A DNA stretch of 64,000 nucleotides from NCBI RefSeq assembly GCF_036321535.1, contig NC_087438.1:11842001-11906000 (forward strand). The letters run 5' to 3'. This DNA is from Camelus dromedarius. Its lineage: Eukaryota. Under the pieces are notes generated by a model that searched no databases, was not told the DNA's origin, and saw only the letters and a program-made list of their open reading frames with translations. This document shows, piece after piece, positions 54,880 to 64,000 of this stretch (position 1 is the first letter of the stretch; each line of letters begins with the position of its first letter). The position numbers were made by a program, and so were the translations under genes.

Positions 54880-55720
54880 GACCCCTGGCTTTAAAGGGGG
54901 CAGAGTGGAGAATTCAATGGGACTTGGGGGAATGGTCCACTACCCTTGCAGTGTTGAGTGTGTTAGGGTGGCGGATGTCTCTGTCTTTCCCCCAGACGTG
55001 ACACTGATTTTTGTCTACTCTCTCAACCATAGAGGGACAGGTTCAGGTCCTCCATGTGGCCTTCTCCTCTACAGAAGCTCACCCTAAAACCAACGAGCTA
55101 ATGAGGGGGATTCTGGCAGCTACTAAGGACATCCATTTCTGGATACACTCAGAGACTGAACAGATGATCACCAGGTGGATTCACGGAGCCAAAAAACCCA
55201 CCGTGAACGAGCCTGGGCCCGGATGTCTCATCACCTACCCTCCATAAGACCCCACTTTAGCAGAGAATCATGACGAAACACAAAAATCTCTGAGTGTCAG
55301 TGGAGACTGCCCTGCCCGAGAGTCCCTGAGATACCTGGGAAACCCAGGGAAATGGCCACACGTCCCTTTGGGTGAAGACGGGAAATTATTCCCACATGCC
55401 CCCGCCTTGGTCTAACAGGATCCTTCCTCAAACCAGCCTTTCCCTCAGGCAGCAGGTTTGGGGCTGAAGGACTGGCTCAGGGCTGGAAATTGGCTGTGAT
55501 TTTCTGTGGGGGGTTGGTAGCAGTATCTTTGTTATCACCCTGCACCTGCTCTTAACCACGCCAGGTTCCAGCGCTCATGTCTGTGGCTCTCTGTGAGTGA
55601 GGGCCCCCTGCCACTCATTATAATCGCATCCTCTTTGTTTCTGATATTTAAGTTCTGCCACCCGGCCTCTACCCATCTGGGATCTTCTCATCCTCTTTGT
55701 TTTCAGGGAGCCCAGTTCTA
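54880..55720. mobile_element. Possible ancient ERVL-class LTR/internal remnant
   Basis: Ends 'cccagttctataaca' (LTR-like terminus) and has degenerate LTR-like composition; family not identified. Confidence 0.3.
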
Positions 55721-56263
55721 TAACAGCATATCCTGCAGCGTCAGCCCTGCCTGCAGAGCCCAGCCCCGCTGAGATGCTCTGAAAGGTGATGCCCCTCTCA
55801 CCCCCTCATTCCTTACAGCTCTGGGAAATGGTGTGTCCTCTGGTGCCCCTGTGACTCACAGTGAACTGGTGGATTTCCCAGGCATACAGAGTGTACCCCT
55901 TCTAGCGTGCCTGCTTCTCTGAGCCTTTGATCTCTTTGTCCAGGCTCTGCCAAGGCACTGCTCACATATCTCCTCCACTGGGTGTGGTCATGGCTTTTCT
56001 AAGCTTCCAAGAGCCAACCAAGAGAGTGTTAAGTCCTATATTTTAGAGGAGTTTTTTCTTGTGAATAATCTCTCCATTATCCATCCTCCAAAACTCCATC
56101 CTCCTTTATCCAGGTCCTTCAAAATTCAATATCATAAACATTCTTCCACTCCTACGAGTATTTATTGGCTAGGTCCTTCATCTTCTTGGGTGTAAATTCC
56201 TTTTTCTCCCTTATCGGGACCAACACTTCTCCTGCTGGGTTTTATTATGACTTGATTTTAGCT

Positions 56264-56467
56264 CAGAGGTCAGCAAACCTTCCCTATAAAGTGGCAGTAA
56301 TAAACATTTTAGGCTGTGTGGCACTGTTCAAGTCTCTCACTGGGGCATGAAAGTAGCTGCAGACAATATGGAACTGAATGTTCATAGATGTGTTTCAATA
56401 AAACTTTATTTACAGAAAGGAGACTATAGGTTAGACTTGACCCATAGGCTGTCATTGCTGATCCCCA
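56264..56467 (+). mobile_element. MER58A hAT-Charlie MITE
   Basis: 'cagaggtcagcaaaccttccctataaag...tgtttcaataaaactttatttacagaaa...acttgacccataggctgtcattgctgatcccc'; flanks ttttagct / gtctagtt fit the TAG-centred 8-bp hAT target. Confidence 0.85.
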
Positions 56468-57214
56468 GTCTAGTTACTGGTCTAGTGTCCTGGGATGGAG
56501 TTAAGGGTGGATCCTGAGTTGGGAGCATCCTGTCCTATGCTGATGATGGAGAGGCTCCTGTTTTATCTTCCAGCAAGGGGGCAGCGCTAGCCTTTCATAG
56601 GAAGGAGTGGGCCCAGAGGGTTCAAGGGTATCTGAATATTAGAGACTTTTAATAGTGCATGAATACAGATGTCTGCCTCCCAAGTCTCAGCATCTTGCTC
56701 CTTCCCAATTAGGGCCCTGACCTTGCATCGTAGATTTGCTGGGGTTGAGAATTCAAACTTCTCTGCAGCTCTGCTGGCCTTATAATTAAGTCCAAGGTTG
56801 AATCCTGGCCTTTTTTCTCTGCCTCTGGCTGCAGGATGAGAGTCGCTTTATAAACTGTCACAGCCCTTTGGCTTTCACACTTAGCCTTAAGTTGGTGATT
56901 AATCACTCCAACCTCCGCTGCCTTTCTCGTGTTCATTTTTTAGCACCCAGCAGCAAGCAGCCAAGTCCACTGTACTTACAATGACTATGTCCCTTGAAGC
57001 TCTCAATTGCCCAGATCCTGCACCCACCTATGCTTTCCCTCCTAGCTGTCTTACCACAGTGAAAGGTTAAACAGTTGCAGGGCTACAGCATGCCCGGGGC
57101 TAGCAGTCCTCCACCCATCCCCAGAGATGGTGTCCTCATGGACCACTGGCCAGCTGGTGCCACAGCTCCAGATGCCATCTAAGAGCCTCCTTCTTTGGAC
57201 CTTTCCTGGCATCA

Positions 57215-57624
57215 TTGGTTTTAGTTACACTTTCCAGAAAATGAACTCTGAGATGGAGATTTACATGCAGGACCCTCCAGGGGAGTGATTTCAGGATCTA
57301 TATGGAAATAAGAGTAAAAGGATCCACACTGGGAGAAGTTGAAATATGCAGTTGCAATAAAGACCTTAGACACTCCCATGGGGAGCTCTGAAGCTGGGAA
57401 GGCCCTCAGAGCTGTCCTAATCAAGGCAAGGGGACCAGCCACTGGATGCAAGCTGCCCCTGCAGAGGGGGTGTGGCCTTCACAGGGCAGCTTCCTTCTGC
57501 TAAAGGCTATTCCTAGAGAGGGACTCGCCGGTGAGACATCAAGGCTCAGCTCTCCTAGCATCTGGGGGCATGAGTGCCTCAGTCCCAAGGGGGGATTGGG
57601 CAGCACACCACAGTATCCACTACA
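57215..57624 (-). mobile_element. ERVL solo LTR (LTR16-like)
   Basis: 'actctgagatggagattt...cccatggggagctctgaagctgggaaggccctcagagctgtcc...gggggattgggcagcacaccacagtatccactaca'. Confidence 0.78.
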
Positions 57625-59129
57625 GCACAGATGTGAGTTGTTGCATTCATGTATCCATGGTAAAAACAAAAATTAGACAGGAATCCATGAGCCCAGATTT
57701 ACTGCCACATCCTACTTACTAGGGATCTTGGGAGAAGTCCTGGATTCAGCTAAATATTGTGATTATAATTGTTGTTCCTAAAAGAATTCTAGGTGTGAAG
57801 GCAATAAAGTTTTTGTGGTTTAGTGTCTATAGAAACACTAAAATCCAGTTTTGAAGGGTGAAATAACAGAAAGAAGGAAAGAAAGAAACAAACAAACAAA
57901 GGAAAAATGTGTAACTAACACTCCTGTAAGTTGATATTTGTTAAACCTCATTTATAAAAACTTCTAAAAAGATGTGTACGTGTATTTCAGTTAGAATCAA
58001 TGAGATAAACTGCCTACGGTTTTGGGATGTATAGCTGTCCAAATAAATGTAATTCCTTTCCTTCTAAACTCAGAAGAATAATGTAGGTAGAAGCTGAAAA
58101 ATCATTTAAACTATTTTTTCTTTGAAGCTGCAAATTATAAAATCCCACAGAAACCAGTAGTTGAAGTGGTTTCAGAAGATCCCCAAGTTTTTTCATATAC
58201 TTGTACAATTTCAAATTCTGATGAGTTCTTTATAAAGTTTCTTCCAAGTACCTGTATCCCTTTCAAATTGTTCAACACTTTTTCATAGCCAGAACTTTTA
58301 TCTTCAAACAACTTCAGAATTGATTTCTCCATGAAATTCTGTAAGTTAGAGATCATGAACCCAAAGTAATCAGTTTGGACTCTTGTTTACAGATGTTTTT
58401 AATGTGGCCATGTGTTTAAGTTCTATCATTACAAATGTAGCAGGTAAAGGGTCTGGTGTCCAAAATACATCATCTCACCTTATCTTTATTTCTCAGGAAA
58501 TTGGGCTCCTGACTAAGGTGGATTTTCAACAAAAGGAATATAATCTTTCTCTGCATTCATTAATTCATCTGTTGCTGCAGCTGGGTTCATTTTGAAACAC
58601 ACACACACACATGCACACACATAGAGAATCCACACATCTAACTCTCTCTTCCCCCCAAATATAATGAACAATTGGACTTTAAATTGCAGGCAACAGTCAT
58701 GAACAGAACGTTAGAGGCCACTGGTCCAAACCTGGGATCCTGTAAATCTGGCTGAAAGGCAAAAGATAGTAAAGATGTTTCTGGATCCTGAGATGTCTGT
58801 CTCTTGTTCACGGAGTGGAGAGAATTAATGAAATTGCATGTGCTCCACCCCAAGCGTGGTGCTGGCACAGAATCACTTGGTAAGGCCTGCAGTCCATCAC
58901 ACCGAAGTCTGAACACTGAATGATATTTTGTAAATCGTGTGGCTTCAAAACCTGGCCTGGACAGATGGGAGGCTACTTCTAGACTTGGTGAGAGTGGAAT
59001 CGGCCCTCTCTAGAAATAGTCACATGTGACCCCTCCCCTCCCTTTCCTGGCCATCACTGGTCAGTCTGGGATAAAGGCTGCTTGATCAGGCGGCCTGTGT
59101 GTGTCAGCACCTGTTAGGCACCTTGTCAC

Positions 59130-59270
59130 CTGGCTTTGGGGATGCCTGCAGGGGTCAGTATCTGACCCTATTTCAAATGAGGAATCTGGGACACAGAGAA
59201 ACAAGTAACTTAGTGAAGAACTACCAAGTGTAGAACTGGGCTGGCTTCCCAGTCTCTGACCCCACAAGGT
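59130..59270 (-). mobile_element. MIR SINE fragment
   Basis: 'ccctatttcaaatgaggaatctgggacacagagaaacaagtaacttag...gaactgggctggcttcccagtctctgacccc'. Confidence 0.6.
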
Positions 59271-59475
59271 TCTGCTCCTCCTACACACCAGGCCCAGATT
59301 TAAGTGAGGAAAAGCTATTTTTTAGGGAAAGGCATCTCCCCTGCATACTAAGAGACAGGAAAGTGTATAGCAATGTGGATTCTCAAAGTGTGATCCAGGG
59401 AAATCTGGGTGTCACCAAGAACTTCTCAAGGGGCTTGCAAAATCAAAGCTATTTTGATAATAATATTAAGATTTC

Positions 59476-60135
59476 TGGGCATATATCCAGAAGGAACCCT
59501 ACTTCAAAANNNNNNNNNNNNNNNNNNNNNNNNNNNNNNNNNNNNNNNNNNNNNNNNNNNNNNNNNNNNNNNNNNNNNNNNNNNNNNNNNNNNNNNNNNN
59601 NNNNNNNNNNNNNNNNNNNNNNNNNNNNNNNNNNNNNNNNNNNNNNNNNNNNNNNNNNNNNNGCCATTTGCAGCAACATGGATGTCCCTGGAGAATGTCA
59701 TTCTAAGTGAAGTAAGCCAGAAAGAGAAAGAAAAATACCATATGAGATCACTCATATATGGAATCTAAAAAAAAAAAAAAAAAAAAAAGAAGAAATACAA
59801 AACAGAAACAGACTCATAGTCATAGAACACAAACTTGTGGTTGCCAAGGGGGAGGTGGGTGGGAAGGGATAGACGGGGAGGTGGGTGGGAAGGGATAGAC
59901 TGGGAGTTCAAAATTTGTAGATACTGACAGGCATATAAAGAGTAGAATAAACAAGATTATACTGTGTAGCACAGGGAAATATATACAAGATCTTGTGGTA
60001 GCTCATGGTGAAAAAAAATGTGACAATGACTATATGTATGTTCATGTATAACTGAAATATTGTGCTCTACACTGGAATTTTGACACAACATTGTAAAATG
60101 ACTATAACTCAATAAAAAAACGTTTAAAACAAAAA
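59476..60135 (+). mobile_element. Young camelid-type L1 3' end with 8-bp TSD aagatttc
   Basis: Same subfamily as 19952-20412; TSD at 59468-59475 and 60136-60143; N gap 59510-59662. Confidence 0.92.
59849..59900 (+). repeat. Perfect 26-bp tandem duplication inside the L1 3' UTR
   Basis: ggggaggtgggtgggaagggatagac x2; the sister copy at ~20167-20192 has a single unit. Confidence 0.95.
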
Positions 60136-60382
60136 AAGATTTCCCTTTTCAGCCTTGTTCTCCCAATAGGGCACAGGGAGTTTTTACCACCTATATGATC
60201 TGTGTTGTACCAGAGACTGAATGCAGGTGCAAAGAGGACAATCCTGTTGTCTTCAGTTCAGCTGGATGTGAAAGATATTTGACAAAAGGTAAAATAAATC
60301 TACTCTTCTCATTACAGTTTTTTTACAGAAAGTCTAATTATTTTTCTTTAAAAGATATTAAGGTTTACACATAATAATTTTA

Positions 60383-60470
60383 TTATTTTTAAATAAATTA
60401 ATATTTAAGTATTTCTTCAATCTTTTGTTATTTTTAAATAAATTAATATTTAAATATTTTTTGTCTTTTT
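60383..60470 (+). repeat. ~45-bp AT-rich tandem duplication inside Charlie1b
   Basis: ttatttttaaataaattaatatttaa exact at 60383 and 60428, with a diverged continuation. Confidence 0.9.
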
Positions 60471-60568
60471 TTTTTTCCATCTTAACAGTGTATATTAATA
60501 GAGACAACCAACAAATCCAAATGCCCTTCAGAGTCCTCACTTCTTTGGAAGAGTGTAAAAGGGTGTCA

Positions 60569-60690
60569 GTGCCTCAGTTTCCCCACTTGGATGAACAGGG
60601 TATTACCTACCTCAGAGTCATTCTGAGAACACAGTGGTTTAACACGTGTGAAGTGCCTACAACACTATCCTGCACATAAGAAGCTCTTTT
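60569..60690 (+). mobile_element. MIR SINE fragment
   Basis: 'gtgcctcagtttccccacttgga...tacctacctcagagtcattctgag...acgtgtgaagtgcctacaacactatcctgcacataagaagctc'. Confidence 0.7.
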
Positions 60691-61573
60691 AGTTTTTATT
60701 GTTACGGAATTTTTACATATTATATACTTTTGTGTTTATTTCATGAATAGCTTTAAGAGGAAGAAAAAGAATACACTACCAAATTATCCACATAGACTTC
60801 ATTCATTGAATTAGAAACAGGAAAACCACCTTGGAAGGAGAGCCACGCTTCAAGCATAAATGTTACAATAGTCTTCGTTCACCATCAATTTCCTATTCTC
60901 ATCTTGAATTTAGGATTAAGAGGACATATTCTATAAAATCAAAATTGTAGATTTCTTTACAAAACACAAGTTTGATGTTTTAGTATAGCTGAACACTTTT
61001 AATAGAGTTGCACGTATGTGCTAAATATAGAAGCATTCTTCTCCTCTGAAGAAATGCATCATGTTTACTCAGCAAACAGCTTTTACTAAAAGGTTCTTGA
61101 AGGAGCTGGAAAACATTCGACTTTGCTGAGTAGCGTAGTGACTGTCACTCCCAACGTGGAGAGGGTGGTTTTCCCTTGCTGTCAGTTCCTGCCGTGTACC
61201 GCAGATGAGTCACGTTACATCCAGGTTCTGGTGTGTTAACCAGGATGGGAGGGAAGAGGTGGGAGGTGGGAATTGATCTGGGTCAGTTCACAGTGTCACC
61301 AAAGTCTGAAGTGCTCTGACTCGAGCAGCACAGATGGTAGCACAGGGACACAGAGCAGCAAGACCGCGGGCTGCTGTGCCCGAGACTTCCCAGCTGTGCA
61401 ACGGGAATAATCACTGTATCTACTTGATAAGGAAGTTGTAAAGACTAAGTAACGTGAATACTGTATTGACGTCCTTGCCGGTGAAGCCATATCGACAGGA
61501 AAACTGCACCAGAAAGCAGTAAGTAGAAGCCAAAATGCCACCTGTGCAAAGGCTTGATGGTGCGATGGTGAGG

Positions 61574-62105
61574 TGTGTCGGTCACTACTGCTGTGTAACG
61601 CAGTGGTGTAAACAGTTCGTTTATTATGCTCACAGCTCCTGAGGGCCAGGGATCTGGGGAAGTCTCACCTGGGCGGGTTTGGTTAGGATCTGTCACATGG
61701 TTGTGGTCAGATGTCAGTGGACGATGAAGTCATCTGAAGATTCGACTGGGTTGGACATGCGAGATGGTGACCTCAGATGCTGGCAGTTGGCTGCTGACTG
61801 GAACCTCAGCTGGGATCGTCAACCAGAGCCCCCACAGTGACCTTTCCACACAGCCTGGGTTTTTGTAAGCACGACCTCTTTGGGGATGTCACACTTCTTA
61901 CATGGTCAGGGTCCAAGGAAGCAAGATGGGAGCTGAACTGCATTATGTGACTATCCCTGGAGTCAGCAGCGTCATGAACACTGCATTTTATTGGTTAAGT
62001 CAAGTCAAATAAGGCCAGCCGAGCATCGAGGACAGGGGTGGTAGACCCCACCTCTCCATGGGAGCACCATCAAAGAATGAGCAGACCTGTTGCCAAGTTG
62101 CCATA
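61574..62105 (-). mobile_element. MaLR solo LTR (MLT1H/I/J-like)
   Basis: 'tgctgtgtaac...ttattatgctcacag...gtcatctgaagattcgactggg...ggcagttggctgctgactggaacctcagctggg...ctgcattttattggttaag'. Confidence 0.8.
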
Positions 62106-64000
62106 TTAGGTCTAAAAATGCAGCTTCTCTCCAAGGCGGAGAGGATCTCTACTTAGGTTGACTCCAACCTCTGCGCACATCCATTGGCCTTAGTTTAGTC
62201 ACACAATCGCACCCTGCTGCACAGGAGGCTGGGAAGGATAGCCTGGCTGGGAAGCCCTGGGCACAGGAAGAAAGGACAGACCTACAAAAGAACAGTCTGC
62301 CCCACAAATAATCAATAAACTATTATTCTAACATTGAAATGTTTGCAGCATTAACAAGCTAGTCAAATCTTCCTAATCTCCACCAATTTTGGTGTCATAA
62401 ATGATTAACGTACCAAATGCAAATGCATCTAAATCAAATGACAGGTACTCTTCAAAGCCCTTGTAAATTTCTCCAGGACTGCCAGCAAGTCCCTTGCAAA
62501 AATGTCTGCCCAGTGAGTTGGAAACACAGCAATTACCTGGTCTACATATAAATTACTGTGAATTCTGAATTAATCATGTCCAATGGGATCCTAACAGGGT
62601 TTATAAAAACTCAAATGGAGGAAAGCAAATTAAAACTAAGAATCCACCAGTAACCAAAATCGGTTGAGGGCAAAACATGTTCACGTTCTAGGCAAGAAAA
62701 GGTGATATTTTCTTTCACCTGATAACATTTATGTTAACTATGTGTGCATCATATGCCATCGATGTGATTATTAGAGTCCATGTATTTCAAGATGTAGCAC
62801 AAGATTCTTTCACATCTGCTACAAACATAAGGGGCTTGAATAGACATTTATAGCGCCGCCGAGTGTCCACTTCAGGATGGGGTGCCTCTGAGGGTTGTGT
62901 GTGAACATGTTGCAGCATAAAGGATGTTGGAACAGAAATCTTTAGCTCCCTTTTGTTGTCTCTTTACAAGTTATTGAACTTCCCTAAATCTATTTTCTCA
63001 TCTGTGAAATAGGAATGCTCTCTACACCCCACAGTGGAGAAACAAAAAAATGGCACAATAAAGCACTTCATGCTCCACAAAACAGCGACTCGTAGTCCAC
63101 AAAGCAGAAAGAGGGCATGGACCCTGCCTGCAGTCTGCAGGGAGGCTGTGCCACCAATCAGGAGAGCCGCCTGGGCTTCGGTAAAAATCACAGACAGGGA
63201 ACAAGATTCCGTTCCCTCACTTTTGATCCCATCTTGATGTCTCAACCAGAGACAGACCGATCAACTTGTGAGGGCCATCTGATCCTGGATTTGCTCCCAG
63301 GAGGAAAGATCTCACGCAAGTCCAGGTCAGCCTGGCAGCAGCGCTCACGTGGTAACTGGCACAGAAGCTTGAGCAGAATGACTTCGGTACCTGCTGTAAG
63401 TTTAGACCACTGTCTCAGAGACAATAACTGTTAGGAATGATTGATAAGAATCAAATTTAGAATTGATTTAGTAAAAAGATTTAACTGGGGAGTCATTTGG
63501 ATTAATTTTTGATTTAATTTAAAAAGTGAATCAAATTTGGAGGAAGAAAAGCACCGCGTTGACAATCTCCTGTAAGTCGTGCAATTCAAAATGACCAAGT
63601 GTGGAGGGAGCGTCGGCTGCGGGGAGAGGTAAGCGCCCTGTGGGGACCCGCACCGTGGACGCCCCCCCTAGCAGTCAGAAGCAATGAACTAGGCAGATCC
63701 AGCTGAGTGAAAAAATACTCAATGAAAAATAAAACTGACAAGAGTTACAGCATAGTATTCTGTACATTCAGTGAAGTATAAATTTATAATATACCTCATG
63801 ACACACAGTGTATCATTTCCCGGGGTATAGACTTAAAGACAGTCAGACACAAGAGGGTGGGTACTTGTGTGACTCGGACGCCAGAAAACAGGATGAAGGA
63901 GCAAAATCAGGAGCAGGGAGCCGTCCACTGTCGGACAGAGAGCCTGTGTACAGAGGAGACATGATTAATTCAATTTTGCATCCAAAATTTACAGAAAAAG

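Larger units (their letters stand above)
59371..60570 (+). mobile_element. Charlie1b-like hAT non-autonomous element, split by a young L1
   Basis: 5' 'gtggattctcaaagtgtgatcc...caaaatcaaagctattttgataataatattaag'; resumes after the L1 with 'gactgaatgcaggtgcaaag...ttctttggaagagtgtaaaagggtg'. Confidence 0.78.

Overview
Mammalian non-coding, repeat-rich genomic DNA, very likely camelid: it carries a vic-1-type tRNA-derived SINE at 8697-8834 and camelid-type L1 3' ends. Six N gaps (131-369 nt) all fall inside repeats. No intact, recognisable protein-coding gene, RNA gene or prokaryotic-type system can be supported. Much of the window is interspersed repeats: young and old L1, L2, MIR, MaLR/ERVL/ERV1 solo LTRs and hAT (Charlie/MER) DNA-transposon fossils. 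Repeat family names come from recalled consensus sequences, not from a database search. The best-supported unusual structure is at 19711-20421: an L1 insertion whose upstream flank appears to have been inverted (163 bp) with both ends duplicated (69-bp inverted repeat and an inverted copy of the 15-bp TSD). A textbook twin-primed, 5'-inverted L1 with a 13-bp TSD follows at 21657-24589. Several exon-shaped, repeat-free islands on the + strand (27.2, 49.8-52.9, 58.1, 63.2-63.6 kb) could be a decayed or unannotated multi-exon gene or lncRNA; this is unproven.
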